A stretch of 14,418 bases of DNA, from positions 1-14,418 of the forward strand of contig JAGWDQ010000016.1 of NCBI GenBank assembly GCA_018260615.1. The letters run 5' to 3'. Shown in pieces: positions 1 to 7,731 of this stretch. The notes below the pieces were generated by a model. The model searched no databases. It was not told the DNA's origin and worked only from the letters and a program-made list of their open reading frames with translations. How positions within the stretch are numbered: position 1 is the first letter of the stretch; each line of letters starts with the position of its first letter. The DNA comes from Candidatus Altarchaeum sp. (GTDB lineage Archaea > Altiarchaeota > Altiarchaeia > Altiarchaeales > Altiarchaeaceae). A program made the translations under genes and the position numbers.

Positions 1-114
1 AAAAAATATTGGCATCTATTGAAGTTTGCGGGTAACGAAATTTTGGAATGGACTGGTATACCTGATTTGTCAATTTTACGGGCAAATCAATCATACATAG
101 TCCCGACTTTTTGA
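1..114 (+). CDS. Possible 3' end of a CDS running in from the left edge (KKYWHLLKFAGNEILEWTGIPDLSILRANQSYIVPTF*), product unknown
   Basis: Frame 1 is open from base 1 to TGA at 112-114 with protein-like composition. Too short to assign a family. Confidence 0.3.
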   Translation, partial: KKYWHLLKFAGNEILEWTGIPDLSILRANQSYIVPTF

Positions 115-169
115 GATTTATGTACCTTTTTACGCTAAATCAACCAAAATACATAGTCCCGACTTTTGA
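64..169. repeat. Degenerate tandem duplication, period about 56 bp, with an identical 19-bp core ATACATAGTCCCGACTTTT
   Basis: Core is exact at 93-111 and 149-167. Each copy is preceded by GATTT...TTTTACG..AAATCAA. The core contains the near-palindrome AGTC-CC-GACT. Confidence 0.7.
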
Positions 170-292
170 AATTTTACCTGTTAATTTCTATTAATTGTTC
201 CATATTTTTATGATGGGTCGGAAATATGGGATATAGAAAAAGGAGTAGTGATTAAGAAGTAAGGTTCTTAAAAATAAATTCCAGGATAAATC

Positions 293-340
293 ACCTCGTT
301 TACACTCGGAGATTTTTGAAAATTACAGGTTTTCAAAAAT
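293..340 (-). repeat. REP-like palindromic module (variant of module B)
   Basis: ACCTCG-N6-CTCGGA (293-310) followed by a perfect 11-bp hairpin ATTTTTGAAAA-N7-TTTTCAAAAAT (312-340). Same layout as 14178-14225 and, in reverse, 5306-5354. Confidence 0.6.
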
Positions 341-398
341 GCTTGTAATTTAAATGTAAATGTTAACATCCAACCTTACATGTTTATCACTACCAAAA

Positions 399-474
399 TT
401 ACGAGTGTTTTTCCACATTTTGGTCTGTTCTTAATTACTCGTGACAACAAATTTTTTACCTTAAATGTGGGAAA
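399..474 (+). other. Candidate structured RNA (interleaved stems, H-type pseudoknot topology)
   Basis: 399-407 pairs with 436-444 (9 bp, 2 G-U) and 409-420 pairs with 463-474 (12 bp, 1 G-U). All three non-Watson-Crick pairs are G-U on the + strand. No known family recognised. Confidence 0.25.
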
Positions 475-617
475 CTTAGGATTAAAAGAGTTTATTTATA
501 ACCGAGAGTTTCAAAGAATTTTGGAATCAAGAGGACAAATACATTAGGAGGGTAATTTAGATGAGTCAAGGTAAAATATGCTCATGATTGATACAATGTA
601 TAGGGGATTAATCCAAC

Positions 618-1829
618 CTAAATCAATTTATTCTGAAATTTATTCTCAAAAATTTTACCGAATCTTCTGTAATCCGCCAGTCGTAATGCCTTTGCCTGTG
701 CAAGTTCCGAAGTAAGATGACAATTTCCACATGTCAGGCAGTTTCCCTTGCAGTTGTTTAATGGCTCAAATTTTCCATTTCCCTGCCTTTTCACATAAAC
801 CGGAACATTAATTCCTTCGCAGTTTAAAGATGTTGAATACAAACGATTTAAGCCGGATAGTGTTTCCCTGCCTTTTACATTTGTTTTCTCAAATTCCATA
901 CACAAAGAAAATGAAATTTTTTCATCGTTACAAATTTGTTTTAAATTTTCAAATAACTTTTTGCGGTAATATATCTTCGCATTTGAATAATAGCCGATAT
1001 TTTCGGTATATAATGCCTTATATTTTTCAATTAAATTTTTATCAATTCCACTCAATCCGTCATAAAATTTATCCTCTATCGGCTTTAAAATATCAGCACA
1101 ACTTGCTATGATATGCTTCGCTCCTCTTTCTTTGACCTCAACGACTAAATTTCTTAAGTCCTGCGGGTTGTCATTTATGTACGGCAGAATCGGGTCAAGT
1201 CGTGCTACTGCATAAATGTTGTTGTCTGCTAATCGTTCAAAATTTTTAAGTAAAATTTCCGTGCTTGCTCCGTTGGTGAGTTTCTTTCTCAGTTCATCAT
1301 TTAATGTCAATATTGAAATTTGTCCGAATGAGTGTTCCTGCCTCTTTATTAAATTTATCGCTTCATCGGAAATTTTTCCTTTTGTTACAAGCTCAATCGG
1401 AATGTTTCTCTTAACGAATTCGGCAATGAGCTTTTCGCTTAATTTATATTTTTCATTAACCGGCTGAAAAGGGTCTGTTATCGGACTTAAATATCCGCAG
1501 CTCGCAATCTTTATTGAGTCCAACTGTTTTGCCACAACTTTGTCAAAGTCCTTATAAACAATGACAACATGAAAATTTTTAAATTTATTATAAATTTCTT
1601 CGTTCCCGCTCTCAAATCTTCTTATTGTAAAGGACCTCGCATAGCAGAAAAAGCAGTTAAAAGAGCAGCCATTATAGGGATTTATCAGTAATCGTTCGGA
1701 AGTGCATTCACGCCTTCCGCTGTTTTTACTGTAAAACCATCCGTGAATTTCCTTTTTTGAATCAACTAAAATGTGGGGATATGGATGCTCAATAACTTTA
1801 TAAATTTTGTTGTTCAGGGAAATTTCCAT
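618..1829 (-). CDS. Radical SAM protein, spore photoproduct lyase (SPL)-like family, with a C-terminal Cys cluster
   Basis: 403 aa. NPYNGCSFNCFFCYAR contains CxxxCxxC. LSPITDPFQP resembles the SPL-like S..TDPYQP motif. C-terminal C-x3-C-x2-C-x2-C (CKGNCLTCGNC). Confidence 0.88.
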   Translation of the reverse strand: MEISLNNKIYKVIEHPYPHILVDSKKEIHGWFYSKNSGRRECTSERLLINPYNGCSFNCFFCYARSFTIRRFESGNEEIYNKFKNFHVVIVYKDFDKVVAKQLDSIKIASCGYLSPITDPFQPVNEKYKLSEKLIAEFVKRNIPIELVTKGKISDEAINLIKRQEHSFGQISILTLNDELRKKLTNGASTEILLKNFERLADNNIYAVARLDPILPYINDNPQDLRNLVVEVKERGAKHIIASCADILKPIEDKFYDGLSGIDKNLIEKYKALYTENIGYYSNAKIYYRKKLFENLKQICNDEKISFSLCMEFEKTNVKGRETLSGLNRLYSTSLNCEGINVPVYVKRQGNGKFEPLNNCKGNCLTCGNCHLTSELAQAKALRLADYRRFGKIFENKFQNKLI

Positions 1830-1938
1830 TTGAAATTATGAAATTTTTACCCGCTTTGACTTTATTATTTATAAGAGCGAAAAATTTTTATGCAGGAATT
1901 TTTATCTCTCAGAGGGCGTTAAAATTTCTATGTTTTAT

Positions 1939-3138
1939 TTATTCAAAATATTTCTCAGTAATCTTTAACGCACAATACTCCCCGCACATCGTACACGGCT
2001 TTTTATTCTTTAAATTTTCCGGCTTTTTTAAATTTTTATCTATTCCGCACTTAAAAATTTGAGCCCAGTTTAAATTTCTTCTTGCGGTGGTCATGTTTTC
2101 ATTAGGCATAGTGTAATTCAATTTACAAATATCTGCAATATGTGCGGCAATCTTTGAAGCAATAACTCCCGACTTTACTCCTTCTATATCCGGCAGAGAA
2201 TAGTGTTCCTCCGGCGTAACATAGCATATAAAATCAACTCCATGCATTGCACCAACCGCACTTCCGATGGCTGCTGCAATGTGGTCATAGCCCAATGCAA
2301 TATCAGTAGGCAATGGTCCCAGTGTATAAAGCGGGGCATTATCACAAATTTTCTTTGCCATTTTAACATTGCTTTCAATTTCATTTAAAGGAATATGTCC
2401 CGGACCTTCAACAATGACCTTTGCTCCGATTTTCCTTGCAATTTTCACAAATTTCCCCAGATTTATTAATTCTGCAAACTGCGCATAATCGCTCGCATCA
2501 GCAATACATGCCGGTCTTAACGCATCCCCCAAACTTATGCAGGCATCATACTTTTTAAACATCTCTGCAATATATTCAAAATTTTCATATAACGGATTTT
2601 CGCTGTCATTCATGAGCATCCATGCAGCAAGTAATGCACCGCCCCTGCTCGTTATCGGAATTCTCCTGCCAAATTTCTTTATATCTCCCACTATGCTTTT
2701 TGTTATTCCCGCATGTATTGTCGCGAAACTTACGCCGTTTTTTAAATTTTTCTCAATAACATTTAATACATAATCAGCATCCATATCTTTCTGTTTTTCA
2801 ATGTATGCCTGATATATGGGCACTGTCCCTATCGGCACATCTAATGATTTGAGAAATTTTCTTCGGACATCATCAAAATTTGATATGCTCAAATCCATCA
2901 GGGTATCTGCCCCGTATTTTACTGCTATTTTGCCTTTCTTTAACTCCTCTTCAATATCGCTCCCTTCGCCGATACCTATATTCGCATTAATTTTTGTAAG
3001 CATGCCTTCTCCTATGCCTAAAATTTCGTCATCATTTAAATTTTTCAGCACGACAATGCTGCCTTCCCTTACACCTTTTTCAAATTTTTCCTTTGTTATA
3101 ATTCCTTCCTTAATTTCCTTTATTTTTTCCAAATTCAT
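1939..3138 (-). CDS. thiC: Phosphomethylpyrimidine synthase ThiC (a ThiC-family paralogue is not excluded)
   Basis: 399 aa. Motifs TKINANIG, GADTLMDLS, GTVPIYQA, TIHAG, SRGG, GDALRP, EGPGH, GYDHI, YVTPEEH and C-terminal CTMCGEYC Fe-S motif. Confidence 0.9.
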   Translation of the reverse strand: MNLEKIKEIKEGIITKEKFEKGVREGSIVVLKNLNDDEILGIGEGMLTKINANIGIGEGSDIEEELKKGKIAVKYGADTLMDLSISNFDDVRRKFLKSLDVPIGTVPIYQAYIEKQKDMDADYVLNVIEKNLKNGVSFATIHAGITKSIVGDIKKFGRRIPITSRGGALLAAWMLMNDSENPLYENFEYIAEMFKKYDACISLGDALRPACIADASDYAQFAELINLGKFVKIARKIGAKVIVEGPGHIPLNEIESNVKMAKKICDNAPLYTLGPLPTDIALGYDHIAAAIGSAVGAMHGVDFICYVTPEEHYSLPDIEGVKSGVIASKIAAHIADICKLNYTMPNENMTTARRNLNWAQIFKCGIDKNLKKPENLKNKKPCTMCGEYCALKITEKYFE

Positions 3139-3183
3139 TTTATTGTCTTAATAATTAGTGTTCATCCATAAACAAATTCATTT

Positions 3184-3213
3184 AAAAATTTATTTAATAA
3201 AAATTTATTTAAT
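3184..3213. repeat. Perfect 2x15-bp tandem (AAAAATTTATTTAAT) in the divergent thiC / 5S promoter region
   Basis: Exact copies at 3184-3198 and 3199-3213. Low complexity, so function is uncertain; it overlaps where TATA boxes would be expected. Confidence 0.55.
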
Positions 3214-3241
3214 ATTTAATGTCCTAATTCTAATTGATTAC

Positions 3242-3360
3242 GGATCAACGGTCATAGAGATGATGGAAACACCTGCTCTCATCCCGAACGCAGAAGTTAA
3301 GCATTATCTCGATCGTGTCAGTACTGCTCCATGAGTGGGAAAGCTGATTGCTGTTGATCT
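3242..3360 (+). rRNA. rrf: 5S ribosomal RNA, stand-alone
   Basis: 119 nt. Terminal helix GGATCAACGG/CTGTTGATCT, helix II GAGATGATG/CATTATCTC, conserved CCCGAAC..AGAAGTTAAG and AGTACT, GGGAAA motifs. No 16S/23S adjacent. Confidence 0.93.
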
Positions 3361-3361
3361 A

Positions 3362-3386
3362 TTTTTTAATTTAAATTTATTTTTTT
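3362..3386 (+). terminator. Oligo-T tracts after 5S rRNA (archaeal-type terminator candidate)
   Basis: T6 at 3362-3367 and T7 at 3380-3386 directly after the rRNA 3' end. The AT-rich background weakens this call. Confidence 0.35.
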
Positions 3387-3396
3387 AACCGGAAAA

Positions 3397-4215
3397 ATGA
3401 TTAATTACAAATACTTACTTACATCAGGGTTAGTTATATTTTTTGTTATATTTACACTCGTGCTATCAGGATGTGTTGAAAACAATGACAATACAAACAA
3501 CACGACAAACATAACAAATAACCATGACAACATTAATAAAGAACCGGAAATTTCTCCTGACTCGCTAACTGATAAGTGTGTCAAAAGAGCAGCAGACATT
3601 CAGTCATACGAATTTAACGAAATAATAAAAATTTCTACATCCGGAACCATGAATTTACAAATAAAAATAGATATGAATGGAAAGGTAAATTTAAAAGCTC
3701 AAAAATTTTTCGCCGCATCAAACTTTACCCTTCTAAATACATTGTTGCAATCGGAAATGTATAAGATTGATGACAAAATTTATTATGCTACAGTAAAGGA
3801 TAACAAAAAGGACTGGAAAATTTATAAGAAAGAGGACCTGGAAGAAGAAAATAAATTTATGAAGTATGCAGGCTTGTTCGATGCTGATGCCGATTACAGC
3901 AAAAAATTTACATTTCTAAAAGACGGGACGAAAAAAGAAATTGCGGGAAACGAACTCATTGACGGACAAAACTGCAGCATAGTTAAAGTTTATGTCAATA
4001 CAGGCGAGGTCCTTAAAGAAAAAAATTTAAATTTAACAGCGGATGACAACATAGAAAATTTTGAATTAAAATTATGGATTTCAAAGAACGGGGATGTTAT
4101 GAAGGAATATAATATTATGACCTTAAAAGGCAAAAATAATGCAGTAACAACAATAGAAAAGACAATATTGTATAAAAATTATAACCAGGAAGTTGTTATA
4201 AATCCGCCGATTTAA
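3397..4215 (+). CDS. Predicted lipoprotein, possibly LppX/LprAFG/LolA-like beta fold
   Basis: 272 aa. Hydrophobic signal ending in lipobox LSGC, Asn/Thr-rich linker, and a G.E.IDG..C motif typical of such beta-rich lipoproteins. Fold call is tentative. Confidence 0.82.
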   Translation: MINYKYLLTSGLVIFFVIFTLVLSGCVENNDNTNNTTNITNNHDNINKEPEISPDSLTDKCVKRAADIQSYEFNEIIKISTSGTMNLQIKIDMNGKVNLKAQKFFAASNFTLLNTLLQSEMYKIDDKIYYATVKDNKKDWKIYKKEDLEEENKFMKYAGLFDADADYSKKFTFLKDGTKKEIAGNELIDGQNCSIVKVYVNTGEVLKEKNLNLTADDNIENFELKLWISKNGDVMKEYNIMTLKGKNNAVTTIEKTILYKNYNQEVVINPPI

Positions 4216-4295
4216 ATTCTATAATTTTATCATCTACGTAAACCATCATTTTTGCTTTTCCGTTTAAATTGTTCGGATTTTTTAAGTTCCGTATT

Positions 4296-5198
4296 TCAAA
4301 AATCCCAGATTTTCGCAAGAACTGCTTTTTCCATATAAATTTTATTCTCCGCCTGTGCAAATATGATTGAATGCCCGCTGTTTGCTACATCTTCTTCAAT
4401 CTCCATTCCGTAATGTATTGGCATACAGTGCATAATCCTGACATCCTTTTTTGCAAAATTTAACAACTTTTTTGTAATGCGAAATTTCTCAAATGTCTTA
4501 AGCCGTTCATTTTCATCTTCTTTTACTTCCTGCCCCATACTCGTCCAGACATCGGTATAAATAAAGTCGGCATCTTTCACCGCATCAGTTATATTTTCAA
4601 ACACGACATTTTTAATGCCTGTTTTATTTAAATTTTTGATGTATTCTCCCTCGTATTTTTTCGGTGAAGCAAGGGAAATTTCAAAGCCCATTATTTTTGA
4701 AGCAAGAATTAAAGAATTAGTAACATTATTACAATCCCCCACATAAGTTAACTTAAAGTCAAAATTTTTTTTAATTTCAAACATAGTGAATAAGTCGGAC
4801 AAAATCTGAACCGGATGCTCCAAATCGGAAAGTGCATTTATTATCGGAATATCTGCAAAATTTTTAAATTTGAGCAAATCGTCGTGTTTATAAACCCTTG
4901 CTATTACACAGTCCACATACTTGTCAAGCACCCTTGCCATATCTTCAATTCGTTCATTCCTGCTTAACTGTGATTCGTTTCTGCCCAAAAATATTGTCTT
5001 TCCGTTCATCTGCTTTATTGCCGACTCAAATGAGACCCTTGTTCTCGTTGACTGCTTCTCAAACAACAGAAGAAAAATTTTTTTGGAAAGTGCATCACCA
5101 TATAAATTTTTATCCTTCTTCAAAATACCCGCCAGATTTATCATGTCAAAAATTTCCTGCTTGTTCAAGTCGCTAACTGATATTATGCTTTTTGCCAT
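4296..5198 (-). CDS. argF: Ornithine carbamoyltransferase
   Basis: 300 aa. FEKQSTRTRVSFE carbamoyl-phosphate motif, INALSDLEHPVQ, YVGDCNNV, YTDVWTSMG (OTCase SMG loop), HCMP, QAENK. Confidence 0.92.
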   Translation of the reverse strand: MAKSIISVSDLNKQEIFDMINLAGILKKDKNLYGDALSKKIFLLLFEKQSTRTRVSFESAIKQMNGKTIFLGRNESQLSRNERIEDMARVLDKYVDCVIARVYKHDDLLKFKNFADIPIINALSDLEHPVQILSDLFTMFEIKKNFDFKLTYVGDCNNVTNSLILASKIMGFEISLASPKKYEGEYIKNLNKTGIKNVVFENITDAVKDADFIYTDVWTSMGQEVKEDENERLKTFEKFRITKKLLNFAKKDVRIMHCMPIHYGMEIEEDVANSGHSIIFAQAENKIYMEKAVLAKIWDF

Positions 5199-5231
5199 TT
5201 CTATATTTTTTGGTTATTTTAAATTTATTTT

Positions 5232-5358
5232 AAATATCCGAATGAAATGAGGTTATTTAAAAATCAACAGATTTTTAAAGATTGAAAATCTTACAGATTT
5301 TCAGTATTTTCAAAATCCCAAAGATTTTGAAAATATCCGAGCGTAAGCGAGGTTATTT
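5232..5358. repeat. Mosaic of REP-like palindromic modules between the ATPase gene and argF
   Basis: AAATATCCGA...GAGGTTATTT at 5232-5258 and 5331-5358. 8-bp hairpin TGAAAATC/GATTTTCA (5283-5303). 13-bp perfect hairpin 5305-5335. 5271-5309 matches 14088-14126 and 14301-14339 except for 2 loop bases. Confidence 0.78.
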
Positions 5359-5403
5359 TTTGTTTGTTATAAAATTTAATAAAATTTAAGAATCAGCTAA
5401 ATT

Positions 5404-6510
5404 TTATTTTAAAATTTCCCTTATCGCAATTAAATCTATTCTTGATTGCGGTTTTATACTTCTTCTCTGAGAATCAATGACCAATATGTTTTCTTTAACA
5501 AGATAAAATATTTCAGGAGTTATTACATCGTATATAAAAATTTCTAATACCTTAAAATTTTCAAGTATTTTAATAATTTCGGGATAAGATAAAGACACTT
5601 CTTTCTCTCCGAATGTTATTGTTTTTCCAAATTTTTCCACATAGTAAAGAATTTGCTTTATTTCTCCTGTTCTTTTTAAAATATATTTGTTTATTTCCTC
5701 TTCTATACTTTTTCCATTCTGTTTTATAGAAATCATATTTCTTAATAAAATCGGCTTCCCTCCAACATATTTCAAAGTCAATTTTATTTCATCTTCATTA
5801 AATTTATACTTTTTCAGGAATTTTCTCGCCACCTCATCTTCAAAATTATCAACTAATATGTAATGAGATCTTTCATACAACATTGCTTCGTTATAAACAT
5901 GTTCGATAAACAATGAATCGGATGATAAAGCAAAAACATGGCAAATATGTAATTCTTTCGTCAGAGCAATAAAGAAATTAAATAACTTATAGATGAGTTT
6001 TCCATCAACTTCCAAATCGCCAATTACCTGAAGTTCATCGATAATAAGAACGGGAATTTTTCCTTTGCTTTTTGCATCTTTTATTAAATTCAGAATATAA
6101 ACAAATGCGTTTTCCGGTTTTTCTTCCTTAAAAATCCGGCTAAAAATTCCTTTTGGAATTGGAATTCCATGCGTCTTTCCAAGATCGCTTATTATATCAT
6201 TGACTATATCTCCCCGTCTTCCCAAAAGTCGTATAAGCCGGCTTAATATTCCTTCATATTTAACATCAAACATTACTTCAAGAAAGTCCTTATATGTTGA
6301 AATCGGACGCTTTCTTAAATTTATGTAAAAAACAACATAATTTTCAGGTAAATTCTCAATTAAATTTGTGATTAAAGATGTCTTTCCGCTGTTTATGGGC
6401 CCGTAAATAAAATTTATTAATTGCGGTTCTGTCCTTAAAATATTCATAATTTCTTCTTTTTCCTTTTCCCTGTCAAAAAATTCAATTTTTTGAATGGTAT
6501 TTATTTTCAT
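5404..6510 (-). CDS. Archaeal ATPase (ATPase_2 / Methanocaldococcus-type ATP-binding protein)
   Basis: 368 aa. FFDREKE N-terminal motif, Walker A GPINSGKT, Walker B IIDELQ, then SSDSLF and GGKP motifs. Confidence 0.88.
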   Translation of the reverse strand: MKINTIQKIEFFDREKEKEEIMNILRTEPQLINFIYGPINSGKTSLITNLIENLPENYVVFYINLRKRPISTYKDFLEVMFDVKYEGILSRLIRLLGRRGDIVNDIISDLGKTHGIPIPKGIFSRIFKEEKPENAFVYILNLIKDAKSKGKIPVLIIDELQVIGDLEVDGKLIYKLFNFFIALTKELHICHVFALSSDSLFIEHVYNEAMLYERSHYILVDNFEDEVARKFLKKYKFNEDEIKLTLKYVGGKPILLRNMISIKQNGKSIEEEINKYILKRTGEIKQILYYVEKFGKTITFGEKEVSLSYPEIIKILENFKVLEIFIYDVITPEIFYLVKENILVIDSQRRSIKPQSRIDLIAIREILK

Positions 6511-6562
6511 ACTTTATAAATTCAAACAAAACAAATTAATATTGTAATAAATATTTTGTTTA

Positions 6563-6716
6563 TCAGTCCAGAAACTCCTTATTTGCTATCTTTTCAGGCA
6601 GATATTTTTCTGTTATAAAACTTATTCCCCTTGCCGACAATGCCTCAATTTCTGCCTTTGCGTTAAATTTTTTCATAATGTCAAACTGCTCTTTCCAGTC
6701 ATTCTTATCCTTAAAC
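6563..6716 (-). pseudogene. Duplicated 3' fragment of top6A (FKDKNDW...KEFLD*)
   Basis: 152/154 identical to 12579-12732. Both differences are synonymous (ACC/ACA Thr, AAC/AAT Asn). Identity stops immediately after the TGA stop. Confidence 0.93.
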
Positions 6717-7555
6717 TACTGGGGAGAACTTGTGTTAAAGTTTGATAATACCTGATACAAGCCAGTATTCTCATCTTTTATCTTAACAGGAATCGCATGA
6801 TCAATTGAATGCCATATAATTGAGCTCTCCGTCTCATTGGATTTATACAAAATTTCCCTTATCTTCCAGCACTCAAAACTTCCTGCGGGGGTGTTTACTT
6901 GTTCTTTTCCTATAACTTCAATTGTCATATTTTGATTTACTAATGTAAACTGCCCCTTATATCCTGTCATTAGAGGAATATCTCTTATCTTTAAAAATCT
7001 AAATATGACCTGAGTATAAGTATTTTTCTTTAGTTCTATTGTTTCATTTCTTTCAATAACAGAGTATGATTTGCTTAATCCTTTACCAGTTATCTCAATG
7101 TATTTACTGTATGTCGATGCAGAATTATTTTTAAATTTTACCCCTAAAATTCTCTCGGGAATCATTGGAGCAGTAGAATTATCTTTGTAAAGCACATATA
7201 GCGGTTCAAATTCATTGGTTGTATATGCAAGATAAGTAGATGTAGTTTTAGTATCTGCATCATGAACTGTTGATATATTTAATTTATAACCTTTGATGTT
7301 GTTATATGTTGATTGTGAAATCTTTACCGTGGAATAACCACAACTCTCATCGCCAAGATATAAGTCGTAAGATAGTTCTATAGAACCATTTGTAATATTT
7401 ATAAAATTTTCATTATCACCATTATAGGGAGGATAAAATATACTTACAGCAATCACTACCAACAGAATAATTACAACTCCAATTCCAAAAAGAGATGGGG
7501 AAATATTGCGAAGGAAGTGGAAATGAGTTTTTAATTTATTTATTAGATTTGTCAA
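6716..7555 (-). CDS. Membrane-anchored/exported protein, DUF3108-like
   Basis: 279 aa from a TTG start (true start uncertain). One N-terminal hydrophobic helix (LFGIGVVIILLVVIAVSIF). EQVNTPAGSFECWKI and IWHS...IPVKI motifs recall DUF3108-type beta proteins. Confidence 0.78.
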   Translation of the reverse strand: MTNLINKLKTHFHFLRNISPSLFGIGVVIILLVVIAVSIFYPPYNGDNENFINITNGSIELSYDLYLGDESCGYSTVKISQSTYNNIKGYKLNISTVHDADTKTTSTYLAYTTNEFEPLYVLYKDNSTAPMIPERILGVKFKNNSASTYSKYIEITGKGLSKSYSVIERNETIELKKNTYTQVIFRFLKIRDIPLMTGYKGQFTLVNQNMTIEVIGKEQVNTPAGSFECWKIREILYKSNETESSIIWHSIDHAIPVKIKDENTGLYQVLSNFNTSSPQ

Positions 7556-7673
7556 TTTTATTCCGTGTTGATTAAAATATCGTATTTTGCATAAATAAAT
7601 AGAGGTAAATTTTAAATATTTTTGGAAAATTAAAAAATGATGTATCAGATATTTGTGTATTTTTCAAATTGAT

Positions 7674-7713
7674 AAAAAAATAAAAAATAAAAAAAGAAGG
7701 AATTAAATTCCCC
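7674..7713 (-). terminator. Hairpin plus oligo-T terminator candidate after the surface-protein gene
   Basis: Minus strand reads GGGGAAT-TTA-ATTCCTT followed by CTTTTTTATTTTTATTTTTTT, about 20 nt after the stop at 7732. Confidence 0.45.
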
Positions 7714-7731
7714 CTATCTTTTTTACTTGTC

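Noticed and set aside
585-587. TGA in the micro-ORF as selenocysteine
   Set aside because: The read-through product would be only 16 aa, with no SECIS-like element or selenoprotein motif.
1841-1930. Imperfect hairpins between thiC and the radical SAM gene as a riboswitch or terminator
   Set aside because: Stems are mostly A/T runs with bulges; no TPP or other aptamer consensus is visible.
830-3151. Short ORFs overlapping the radical SAM gene and thiC (830, 1216, 1838, 2184, 2203, 2537, 2816)
   Set aside because: Overlap well-supported genes in antisense or alternative frames and have no recognisable motifs.
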